From Squalus acanthias (lineage: Eukaryota), in assembly GCA_030390025.1 (NCBI GenBank), contig CM059432.1:93560001-93624000 (forward strand): 64,000 bases of DNA, in the 5' to 3' direction. The notes under the pieces are model-generated. The model had not been told where the DNA came from, did not search any database, and saw only the letters and a list, made by a program, of their open reading frames with translations. A program made the position numbers and the translations under genes. Shown here in pieces: positions 26,878-38,901 of this stretch; positions within the stretch are counted from its first letter, which is position 1, and each line of letters opens with the position of its first letter.

Positions 26878-28325
26878 ATCATAGAATAGTACAGCACAGG
26901 AGGCCACCATTTGGCCCATCGAATCTGTGCCAGCTCTTTTGAAGAGCAATCCAGTTAGTCCCACTCCCCCGCTCTATTCCCATATCCTTGCAATTTTTTC
27001 TCCTTCAAGTATTTATCAAATTCCCCTTTGAAGGCTACTATTGAATCTGCATCCACCACCCTATCAGGCAGTTGCCTCTGGTTCTTTTGCCAATCACCTT
27101 AAATTTGTGCCTACTCGTAATCGACCCTTCAGCCATTGGGATCAGTTTCTCTTTGTTTACTCTATCTAAACCCTTCATGATTTTAAACACCTCTATCAAA
27201 TCTCCTCTTAGCCTTCTCTGCTCGAAGGAGAACAACTCCAGTTTCTCCAGTCTATCCACGTAACTGTAATCCCACATCCCTGGAACCATTCTAGTAAATC
27301 TCTTCTGTAGCCTCTCCAAAGCCTTCACATCCTTCCTAAAGTGTGGTGCCCAGAATTCTCCAGCTGGGGCCGAACTAGTCCTTTATATAGGTTTAGCATA
27401 ACTTCCTGGCTTTTGTACTACATGTCTCTATTTATAAAGCCCAGGATCCCATATGCTTTATTAACTGCTTTGTTAACCTGTCCTGCCACCTTCAAAGATT
27501 TGTGCACAAACACCCCCAGGGCTCTCTCTTCTTGCACCCCCTTAAAAATTGTTCCATTTATCTTGTATTGTTTCTCCTCATTCTTCCTACCAAAATGCAT
27601 CACCTCACACTTTTCTGCCCATTCCACCAGCCTGTCTATGTCCTCTTGAAGTCTATTACTATCTTCCTCACTATTTACTACACTTCCGAGTTTGTGTCAT
27701 CTGCAAATTTCAAAATTGTGCCCTGTACCTAGTACTGAAGCCTGGGGAACACCACTGTTTATCTCCCTCCAGTCTGAAAAACAGCCATTCACCATAACTA
27801 TGTTTTCTAGCCCTTAGCCAATTTTGTGACTATGCTGCTACTGCCCCTTTTATCCCACGGGCTTCAATTTTGTTAACAAGCCTAATATGTGGTACTTTAT
27901 GAAACGCCTTTTGAAAGTCCATAAATGCAACATCAACAGCACTGCCCTCATCCACCCTCTTGTTACCTTACCAAAAAACTCAATCAAGTTAGTCAAACAC
28001 GATTTTCCCTTAACAAATCCATGCTGGCTCTCCTTTATTAGTCCATGCTTGTCCAGGTGGCTGTTAATTTTCTCCTGAATTATTGTTTCTAAAAGCTTCC
28101 CCACCACCAACGTTAAACTGACTAGCCTATAATTGCCAGGTTTATCCTTCTCCCCTTTTTTGAACAAGCGTGTAACATTTGCAATCCTCTAGTCCTCTGG
28201 CACCACCCCTGTATCCAAGGAGGACTGGAAGATTGTGGCCAGCACCTCCGCAATTTCTACCCTTACTTCTCTCCGCAACCTAGGATTCATCCCATCCGGA
28301 CCGGGTGACTTATCCACTTTAAGTA
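26878..28325 (-). mobile_element. CR1 LINE with internal deletions
   Basis: RT motifs in ORFs 27038-27328, 27418-27627 and 27850-28167. Confidence 0.92.
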
Positions 28326-28823
28326 CGTGAATGTACATTTAAAATCATTACAAACTTAGGAGTACAATTATACATCTTATGAGAGTGTACACGCTTATAC
28401 ATTGTTTATAAAGTGACTTAAACATCCTGACTGCGTGGCATCTACGGGAGGAATGTATTGCCACATCAGGCTGCTTGGTGTAATGGTGTAAAAAGCACAA
28501 TCCTAAACCTGCTGTCCCATTCTGTCTAGATCTGCCGACAGTTAAAACATTTTCAGAGGAGAAATTGAGGAATTTGATATCTGATGTGGATGCATAAATA
28601 TTTTGAGGGTGCCTAATAAAGCATTAGTCTGCAAATAACTCCATCGTGATAACTATTCTAAATTAAGTCTAGCATGGATCTGATACAAGGTTTACCTCAT
28701 AACAAATAATTAGATGCTCAAAATTATTGACATAAAAAAAAATCACTTTTCATTCATAGATTTGGATATTTTTACAAACTACATTAGGAATTGTGCAACC
28801 AACTTTTCCTCTAAAAATTCATT

Positions 28824-29531
28824 GGCCCGTATTTTGCGACCTCTATGGGTGCGTACGAGGTGCGCATAAGTGCTGGGTTTAGGCATGTGAAGCGCATGAG
28901 CTGAAACCCGGCACTTGCGAACTGTCAAGAATCCTCGACAGAAAAGGGCCTCCTCGGGTGTAGAGTTGCGATTTGCCCAACTTCCGCCCGCTGAAAGGCC
29001 ATGGAATTCTTACACCTGGTTAAAAACTGCTTTTACCAGCATAAGAGTTTTAAAATATAGAAAAATAAAATTCTCACTTATACATCAAAAACCCTGTCCA
29101 ATAAGGTATGTTTATTTTTAGCCCTGTTAAAACATACAAGTGATTTTTTCAAAAAATTAAATGTTTAAAATATTTAATAAAATGCCATTTAAATGGCATT
29201 TTATATATGTAATTAAAAAAAAATTATTTCATGTGTTCGTGTATTTTTTAAAGTCATCTCCATTCATACTTTTGACAGTTCCATACATACAGAACTGTCA
29301 AAAGTATGAAGGGGGATTTCCTTCTTTCATTGGTTGGGTTAGCCCACGTGATCCCAGGGGCGCTTGCGAACCACATGCGTCCCTGGGATATGTGGACCTC
29401 TACGCATTTCCACCAAGAGAGGCCCAGGATCGCAAGCCTCCATATCTCCCGGACCACCTGGTAAATGCATAGAAAATTTGATGATCGGAGGCATCCATCC
29501 GCGAGAAGCTTCCGATCGCAAATTCAGGCCC
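28824..29531. mobile_element. Harbinger-type MITE
   Basis: Imperfect TIRs GGCCCGTATTTTGCG / CGCAAATTCAGGCCC; ATT TSD; internal similarity to 63150-63880. Confidence 0.85.
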
Positions 29532-30349
29532 ATTATGTCCTAAACCATTCGCAAGATCAACAAGAATGAGAGTCTTGCCCTGGAATCCCAATATAATCAA
29601 TAAACTATATATTCCTTTATAATGTTGCAACAGGCATGTTTATCACTTGATTCTTTGGAACTATGAACATTGATTTTAAAAAAGCAACAGTTACTTGGTT
29701 CTTTCCCCGTGAACCACTTATGGGTGTTATTTATATTGGGATGCATTTTGGAACATAAATGTTAGATTCTAAATTAGAGTCGATTTTCACCGAGTGACAT
29801 CAGACAAAAACTTTAGTTGGCAGAATATAAAATTCTACCAGAAGGTTAGAGGACTTGACTTTTTTTTGTACACATTTTATTTTCTGAAAAAAATTAATGT
29901 GACCATTTGGGACTAGATACAAATGGATTCCAAACTCGAGTTTGTCCATTAATGAGACCCCAATGGTCCATTAATATAATTCACTCTTACTCACTTATTG
30001 CAGCAAACAACATTTAAGGCAACATCAAGGTGCTCCTAGGAATAAAACAAAATACCTTAGAGGTTGAGGAGCTCTTATAATACCAAACGCAAATACATGA
30101 AATAAATACTGCTTTTGTTGAACAGTGAAAAGTGCAAATTGCAGTTTGGAATATTATATGACCTGCTTTCTAAGTACTTCATTCTTCAAGTCATCCATTA
30201 CATATCACAGCAAATGGAGCTTATTCACTTGTGCTAAAGCCATGCATCAAGCACACCTCTTAAAAAACAAACTGCAACATGATATCCTCTGGGTAGCAAT
30301 TGATATGAGCAGCTCCTGCCTTGTATAATGCTCCAATAAAGTGCAGCAT

Positions 30350-33126
30350 TAGAATCATAGAATGGTTACAGCACAGAAGGAGGCCATTCGGCCCATCGAG
30401 CCCACGCTGGCTCTCTGCACGCTCCCGCCCTTTCCCCGTAGCCCTGCAAATTTTTTTTCTTCAGGTATTTGTCCAATTCCCTTTTGAAAGCCACGATTGA
30501 ATCAGCCGCCACCACCCTCTCAGGCAGTGCATTCCAGATCCTAACTACTTGCTGCGTAAAAAAGTTTTTCCTCATGTCGCCTTTGGTTCTTCTGCCAATC
30601 ACCTTAAATCTGTGTCCTCTGGTTCTCGACCAATCCGCCAATGGGAAGAGTTTCTCTCTATCTACTCTGTCTAGACCCCTCATGATTTTGAACACCTCTA
30701 TCAAATCGCCTCTCAACCTTCTCTGCTCGGAGAACAATGCCAGCTTCTCCAGTCTATCCATGTAACTGAAGTCCCTCATCCCTGGAACCATTCTTGTAAA
30801 TCTTTTCTGCACCTTCTCCAAGGCCTTCACAGCCTTCCTAAAGTGCGGTGTCCAGAATTGGACACAATACTCCAGTTGAGGTTGAACCAGTGTTTTATAA
30901 AGGCTTATCATAACTTCCTTGCTTTTGTACTCGATACCTCTATTTATGAAGCCCAGGATCCCATATGCTTTTTTAACTGCTATCTCAACCTGCCCTGCTA
31001 CCTTCAATGATTTGTGCACATACACCCCCAGGTCGCTCTGTTCATGCACCCCCTTTAGAATAGTATCTTTCAGTTTATATTGCCTCTCCTCATTCTTCCT
31101 ACCAAAATGCATCACTTTGCACTTTTCTGCATTAAATTTCATCTGCCATGTGTCCACCCATTCCACCAGCCTGTCTATGTCCTCTTGAAGTCTAGCACTA
31201 ACCTCCTCACTGTTCACTATACTTCCATGTTTTGTGTCATCTGCAAATTTTGAAATTGTGCCCTGTACACCCAAGTGCAGGTCATTAATGTATATCAAGA
31301 AAAGCAGTGGTCCTAGTACTGACCCTTGGGGAACACCACTGTGCACCTTCCTCCAGTCCGAAAAACAACCGTTCACCACTACTCTCTGTTTCCTGTCACT
31401 TAGCCAATTTCGTATCCATGCTGCCACTGTCCCTGTTATTCCATGGGCTACAACTTTGCTGGCAAACCTATTATGTGGCACTTTATCAAACGCCTTTTGG
31501 AAGTTCATGCACATCACATCAACCGCATTGCTCCTATCAACCATTTCTGTTACTTCATCAAAAAACTCAATCAAGTTAGTTAAACACGATTTGCCTTTAA
31601 CAAATCTATGCTGGCTTTCCTTAATTAATCCACACTTGTCCAAGTGATTGTTAATTTTGTCCCAGATTATAGTTTTTAAAAGCTTCCCCACTACATAGGT
31701 TAAACTGACTGGCCTGTAGTTGCTGGGTTTATCTTTACAATCTTTTTTGAACAAGGGTGTAACATTTGCAATTCTCCAGTCCTCTGGCACCACCCCCGTA
31801 TCAAAGGAGAATTGGAAAATTATGGCCAGTACCTCCGCAATTTCCACCTTTACTTCCCTCAGCATTCTACGATGCATCCCATCTGGTCCTGGTGACTTAT
31901 CTACGTTAAATACAGCCAGCCTTTCTAGTACCTCCTCTATCAATTTTTATCCCATCCAGTATCTCAACTACCTCCTCTTTCACTATGACTTTGGTAGCAT
32001 GTTCTTCCTTGGTAACGTCAGATGCAAAGTACGCATTTAGTACCTCAGCCATGCTCTCTGCCTCCATGTGTAGATCTCCTTTATGGTTCCTAATCAGCCC
32101 CACCCCTCCTCTTACTACCCGTTTACTATTTATATGCCTATAGAAGACTTTTGGATTCCCTTTTTTGTTAACTGCCACTCTATTTTCATGCTCTCTCTTT
32201 GACCCTCTTATTTCCTTTTTCACTTCCCCTCTGAACTTTCTATATTCAGCCTGGTTCTCACTTGTATTTTCAACTCGACATCTGTCATACGCCTCTTTTT
32301 CCTGCTTCATCTTACTCTCTATCTCGTCACCCAGGGAGCTCTGAATTTGGCTGCCCTACCTTTCTCCCTCGTAGGAATGTACCTCGACTGCATCGGAACC
32401 ATCTCCTCTTTAAAGGCAGCCCATTGCTCGATTACAGTTTTGCCTGCCACTCTTTGATTCCAATTTACCCGGGCTAGATTCATTCTCAACCCACTGAAAT
32501 TGGCCTTTTTCCAATTAAGTATTTTGACTCTAGATTGCTCCCTGTCCTTTTCCATAGCTAATCTAAACCTTATGATACTATGATCACTGTTTCCTAAGTG
32601 TTCCCCTACTGACACTTGCTCCACCTCATTCCCCAGAACCAGCAATGCCTCCTTCCTCGTTGGGCCGGAAACATATTGATCAAGAAAGTTCTCTTGAACA
32701 CACTTCAGAAATTCTTCACCCTCTCTGCCATTTACACTATTACTATCCCAGTCTATATTAGGATAGTTGAAGTCCCCCATTATCACTACTCTATAGTTCT
32801 TGCACCACTCTGTAATTTCCCTACAAATTTGCTCCTCTATATACTTGCCACTAGTTGGTGGCCTACAGAATACACCTAGTAGTGTAATGGCACCGCTATT
32901 GTTTCTGAACTCTAACCAAATAGATTCTGTCCTTGTATCCTCCAGGACATCCTCTCTCTACAGCACTAATATTCTCCTTAATCAATACTGCCATGCCACC
33001 TCCTTTCTTTCCTTCCCTATCTTTCCTGAACACCTTATACCCAGGAATATTTAGTGTCCAATCCTGCCCTTTTTTGAGCCAGGTCTCCTTTATCGCCACG
33101 ACATCATATTCCCATGTGGCTATTTG
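30350..33126 (-). mobile_element. CR1/HER1-like LINE with almost all of ORF2 (endonuclease and RT), frameshifted
   Basis: 525-aa RT ORF 30366-31943; endonuclease motifs (IKETWL, GVFCRPP, MGDFNYP) upstream in other frames. Confidence 0.96.
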
Positions 33127-33623
33127 ACGTGATTGGAAGGTTTGCTCACGTTGAAGGTAAACACTGACATAGTTTAAAAAAATAAACTTCAGGGGGAAGT
33201 CTTAGTTTTTATGCCTTTCCTACCTGCTGATCCATCATTCTTGATTTCAGGCTCATCACATAGACTCAACGGACATCGGTCATTATTCCAAGGTCTCAAT
33301 GCGAACTGGGTGGCACCGAGGGTCTTCAAAACTGAATATTCACCAAATACACAGCAGTTACATGTATCCATGCTAATCACACCCAAAGCTGATTTGTCCA
33401 TGTGGTAATCAGACCCAACTCTGAATCATATTTTGTGTCTTCATTTCATAGTAGTGTGAAACAATATTACATAAATTATAACAAATAATGATGCAACAGA
33501 TATGATCGAGGTATCACATCAATAGCAGAAGCATAAGAATGTTCAGTTTTGAAAGGGAAGAGAGACTTATGGAGCACAAAAATAAAATCTGTTAAAAATT
33601 ATTTATTTTTTTGAACGAACACT

Positions 33624-34035
33624 CTTGCATTTATATACTGCCTTTCACATCCTCAGGACACCCCAAAGAACTGCACAACCCATTTTGAGATGCAGAAGTG
33701 CTGTTGGTTGTTGTGTAGGCAACTGTAGCAGCAAATTTATGCACAGTAAGATCTCACAATACAGATAAATAACCAGCTAATATGGTTTTAGTGGTGTTGG
33801 ATGAGGGATAAATGTTGGCCAGGACACCAGGAGAACTCACCTGCTCTTTCTCAAATGGTGCTGTGGGATCATTTTATATCCACCTGGGCAGGCAGATGCG
33901 GCCTTGGTTGAACATCTCATCCAAAAAACAGCACAGCATTCCCTCAGGGATGCACTGAAGTGGCAGCCTAAATTATGTGTCCCAGTCCCTGGATTGTAAC
34001 TTGAACCCATGACCTTCTGACTCAGAGGCGAGACA
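33624..34035 (-). mobile_element. DeuSINE-type (SacSINE1/AmnSINE1-like) SINE
   Basis: GGTTCAAGT box B-like head, Deu-domain-like ggccaggacaccaggagaac...gggatc segment, L2-like tail tatataaatgcaag. Confidence 0.7.
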
Positions 34036-34264
34036 CTCATATGGTACACAAACTGATATGGTACACAGGCCTTCATTTAGATAAGTGTATGTAATATTAT
34101 GTTACTGACTTGTTTATGTAAATAAGTGAGTACAGTATGAAGGGTACGGTATCTAGTCTAGTCTTCAAAATCTTTTAAAAAGAAAAATATGCAAATAAGG
34201 GCATCAAGTTGTAAGTCAAGTGGATGCGAAGTACTTTTCCCAGCAGAAAGCAGGAAAAAAAATT

Positions 34265-34370
34265 TGCAACAAAAACAGGAAATGCTGGAAACATACAGCA
34301 AGTCACTCAGCAAATGTGGAGAGAACAGACAAGTTAATATTTTAGGCATAAACCTTTATCAGAACTGAAA
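34265..34370. mobile_element. Degraded Penelope-like terminal fragment
   Basis: Similar to 38080-38150 (aaaacaggaaatgctggaa...tgtggagagaacaga). Confidence 0.5.
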
Positions 34371-36855
34371 AAAATGTAAAAGGATCAAGCATTTAAATAG
34401 AAACAGAACACACATGAAAAGACGCCTCAGTGGATTGACCTGTAATGTGCTTGTAAGAAAAACATATCATCTGTGCTATCGAACTATCTTAACGGCAAGA
34501 AGTGTAAAATAAATTAAAGACCTAAGAGAAACAAAGATCATGTGAATAACTGAAGCAGCGTGAGGTAATCAAATCTGAAATTGAAACAGGAGAAGCTGGA
34601 GTCTGACGACCCAAGAGTAGAAACAAAAGGGCCAACACCAAGAGTGTAGACTCCTCTGCCAGTAGAGCGTTCTAACAAGTCTCTACCCCAAGTATCAAAC
34701 TGCCCGACACCGACAGACCCATCCTACATTGTTATAAAAAAGTTGGAGATCAAGTCATCCCAAATCACTCCTGCACACCTCCAAGTATTCTGACTGCAGA
34801 GCAGCATCAGCAGATGGCTGGGAGCTGGTTGCCTGCCACAATAATCTTCAAAAAATATGCCTCAGTAGTGAGTATAAGTATCATGGAAGAAAAATTGGAC
34901 TGGAAGAATTGTGAGGGAGTTAAATAAACATTTTAAAATAAGAAGCTTACCGAATCCTTCTGTGTTATCTACCCCAAATATCTGCTGATGCAAACTAATT
35001 TTCTCATACAGTTGTGCTCAAACAGCAACTCCCAGCCAGTTCCACAATGCTGTCAGCAGTTCTCACATTAAGATGTCTATTTTTAACTCTTTATACTGAT
35101 GGGAACACTTCCTCTTCAAATACACATTTCTCTCAGTTTGATTGTACTACTTTACCTCCATTTGAAGATTGAGGGTTAAACGTGCACAGTAAACAGAACA
35201 TTATTTTGATTACATAGTTTTACATCTATCCCTCTCGGATTTATTTAAAAAAAGGATTGTTCCTAGTATGGCCACTATTTGAGTGTAGAGATATGCAATT
35301 GCAATAGGTTTGCTATGGTATCGTGAAGTGCTGTAAACTGTACATCACATATTCCCAGTTGCACATTAACCACAGGAACTTAGTGGTCAGCATACTGATG
35401 AAGTTGGAAACTTGAATGTTTCTATTTATAGCAACATTTAGTCTAAAAAAAACACCCAAAAAAGTTTTTTTTTTTTTTAACAGCTGCCAAGAAAAATTGA
35501 GTTAAAGCACTGCAAAATGTTTTTTGACTTTCCTATTACTAGAAGCTGTAGCTTTTCTGTTCCTGTCATGTTGGCAGTGACAAGAAATTAAACAGGGCTT
35601 TTATGTTGTTGTACCCACAGTACACAATTGTCCCTTGATGAAGGGGTTTTGTTGGATTTACATTAAAAAAAAACAGGGGTTTTGTCTGGCTTTCAAATAT
35701 GGCCCAAATTGTAGTCCCGCAGAATTTCATGGAAATGGGTCTTCCACTCGTCGAGGCAAGACAAGTCAGCAGATTTACCCTAAATGAAAATTTTCTTCTG
35801 CACAACACCATGCTGAGTGAGGCGACTAAACCACTCATTGCTGGTGGTGAAATTTTCCACGCCTAGTTGATCGTCAGAAGCCTTTCCATTCTCAATTAAT
35901 ATGTCGCAGTCAATTGTGGTGCTGAGATTTTGGGTTAGGTTTTCATTAAACCACGTGACTAATGCTTGTTCAACATCTTCCTACTTGACCCTTATGTGTT
36001 CAGCAAATTTCCACCAGCAGTATAGGGTGCTGTATTTCATGGAGAAAGTATAGCAAACTTCTTTTCTGGACTTTCCATTCTCAATTGCTTTATCCTCAAA
36101 TGTTCTCGTCAGGTTTACGCTTAATTCCAGTCTCAGTATCCATTTTAAGTAAAATGTGATGGGCACTCGCAACACAGCTAATTTATAGGCCTAATAAGCA
36201 CGTGTCACACTCACTCACAGGTCACATGTAACGATAAGGGCTTATCGACATACATCGTAATAAAAGGCCTTTAATAGTGTTAGGGACTTAAAAATGTTGT
36301 CAACGTCGATATGCATGCTTCATTTTTGTTATTTTATGCAGAGAAGGGACTAGGAGTTCACTTCTTTGTTGAAAGAATGACAAATGAGTTTGATATAAGT
36401 GGGTAGGGCAGTATATGGATTTTGCAAACTGTTGGGCATAATACCAACAAAAAAAAAAAATCACATTTTCAAATTTTGTTGTGTATTTTCATTTCAACCT
36501 GTGGTATCTATAAACCCCATACGCTATCTATCCTTTGAAACAGAATACAAATCACAGTTGAGATAAAATTAGTTTCTTTTAAACTGAATAAAGCAGTTTT
36601 TTTGTTTGAAGTTAAGTGTAAAAGAAAATGGAACTAAGATGTATTGTATTCTCATGACTCTTTTGATCATGAAAATTACCCTCATGTTATTAGAATAGAA
36701 TTTGTATTATTCTACTCATTTTGAGCGACAAACTTCCATCCTCCCTCACTGTCTTTCAGGATTGCCATCTGTTGATACTCTGTGGTACTAACTTTCATGG
36801 TATATCGTTTCTACAGTTCCTGTCCTTACTGAGTCGTGTGGCCAAGAGACTAATA

Positions 36856-37518
36856 GGGCTGGATTTTCATTGACCCGTGGAGGCGGGTTTGAAGGCGTGT
36901 GGGGGGTTAAAATTGCGAAAACTGCCGGGCGGGCACAAGTCCGCCTCCATCCCGCCTCCACGCAATTTTCATGAAATCGTGTCTGCTGGTCCCGACTGCG
37001 TCCCGCCTTTAAGAGACGGGATAGGCTGTTAAGGCCCTTAACAAGCACTAAATTGGCTCTATAATGCCATTTTGAAAGGCCTTTGTGATTTTAACCCTTG
37101 TTCTACGTGAAGCACGCCTGTTCTGAACCATGATTGTGAAACCTGGCAGGAGCACATTTGGATAGTTGACTATCAGTGGCTGGGCTGCAGGCATCTGGGA
37201 GTGGAAAAAAAATCTCTCAGTCTCTCTCTCAAATATCTGGGAGCAGACTTAGAGCTGCTGCTCATTTTGCATCCAGGTCCTCTCACAGCAAAGGCCCGGC
37301 AGTCTCTGAAGACCTTCATTGCAGCAGCAATGATGACATCATCAGAGGCGACTTTCAGACTGAAAACACTAATTGGTTCATGGGTTCCCACATACTTCAA
37401 CTCAATTGCCCAATTAGGTGAAAATTGCATCAATCTCCCACATCCAATTGCAGTCGGGTGGATAATACGAAAAGCGGATGACACGACCCCAACCCGCCCC
37501 AGTATCAAAATCCAGCCC
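36856..37518. mobile_element. Harbinger-type MITE
   Basis: Perfect 12-bp TIR GGGCTGGATTTT / AAAATCCAGCCC; ATA TSD. Confidence 0.9.
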
Positions 37519-37521
37519 ATA

Positions 37522-37920
37522 GAGTTTCAGAGATGCTGCACAATGACACCGGGGGGATCCGATCCCCAACCCCAGGGAGGGGCTGACTGCTGGTGGGTGA
37601 GCTTGGGAGGCCGGGAGGAAGCACTCCAGCTCCTCCCGACCCACAAGGATTGCTCCCCAAGGCTGTGCTCGCCTCGCTGCAGGCCCATGATTCCCAGCCG
37701 ACTGTAGTAAAACCTGCACAGCAGAGCCTTCAGGGCCTCTATCATATTTAAAATGCCAACCCACCTCCTGGCAGCGGGTTGGCTGCCCGCTCCCCGTCCC
37801 GCCTGAGTAAAAGATGAAAGTGGGCGGGTTGGGGTCGGGCTTTAGATTTTTAAAACATTAACTACCCCTACGCTCCTAATCCACCCATTTTTTTCATGTT
37901 TTCATGTTAAAATTTCCCCC
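37522..37920. mobile_element. Right half of another Harbinger-type MITE
   Basis: Ends AAAATTTCCCCC with CCCGCC/GGCGGG subterminal motifs; left end not found. Confidence 0.55.
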
Positions 37921-38044
37921 ATTGCATCTGACCTGCAACAAAAATGTGCATTTTCCCCATTTGGGGATGTTAGAGCCATACATGGATTTTTTTATAAAAA
38001 GACAATCAACAGGTGTGATATTACTTCAGACTATCTACTTTATA

Positions 38045-38215
38045 CAAAAAGAAAATACTGCAGATGCTGGAAATCTGAAATAAAAACAGAAAATGCTGGA
38101 GATACTCAGCAGGTCAGGCAGCATCTGTGAAGAGAGAAACAGAGAAACGTTAACTCTGTTTCTCTCTTCACAGATGCTGCCTGACCTGCTGAGTATTTCC
38201 AGTATTTTCTGTTTT
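38045..38215. mobile_element. Fold-back insertion, probably Penelope-like element terminus
   Basis: ~65-bp inverted arms with a 9-nt spacer; 13-bp direct repeat TATCTACTTTATA at 38032 and 38216. Confidence 0.75.
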
Positions 38216-38334
38216 TATCTACTTTATATTTGACTTTCAAAAAAATTACAGCACTTTTACTCTATAAATCTTTGATGGCACAATCTATGGACTCAAATCT
38301 AAAAATTAGGGTGCGACTGGATTTCAATCCAAGA

Positions 38335-38901
38335 AATGCCTTTTTTACCTCTAGACTTGACTATTCCAACGCACTCCTGGCTGGCCTCCCACGTTCTACC
38401 CTACGAAAACATGAGGACAAAACTCGGCTACTTGTGGCCTAATTCGCACCAAGTCCCGTTCACCCGTCACCCCTGTGCTCGCTGACCTCCATTGGTTCCC
38501 GGTTAAGCAAAGCCTCGATTTCAAAATTCTCATCCTTGTTTTCAAATCCCTCCATGGCCTCGCCCCTCCCTATCTCTCTAATCTCCTTCAGCCCAACAAA
38601 CCCCCCCCCCCCCCACCCCCCCAGATATCTGCGCTCCTCTAACTCTGCCCTCTTGAGCATCCCTGATTATAATCGCTCAACCATCGGTGGCCGTGCCTTC
38701 AACTCCCTCCCTAAACCTCTTTGCCTCTCTTTCCTCCTTTAAGACGCTCCTTAAAACCAAATCTTTGACCAAGCTTTTGGTCATCTGCCCTAATTTCTTA
38801 TGTGGCTCGGTGTCAAATTTTTGTCTTATGACACTCCTGTGAAGCGCCTTGGGATGTTTTACTACGTTAAAGGCACTATATAAATACAAGTTGTTGTTGT
38901 T
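38335..38901 (+). mobile_element. L2-clade LINE 3' fragment
   Basis: TSRLDYSNALLAGLP and LHWFPV motifs; tail gtgaagcgccttgggatgttttactacgttaaaggcactatataaatacaagttgttgttg. Confidence 0.88.

Noticed and set aside
30366..31943. 525-aa RT ORF as an active element or host gene
   Set aside because: Upstream endonuclease region is frameshifted and ORF1/5' UTR are missing; a dead CR1 copy
34599..34655. Hammerhead-like CTGACGA...GAAAC with flanking GAGTC/GACTC
   Set aside because: Stem II cannot pair and the cleavage-triplet register is wrong
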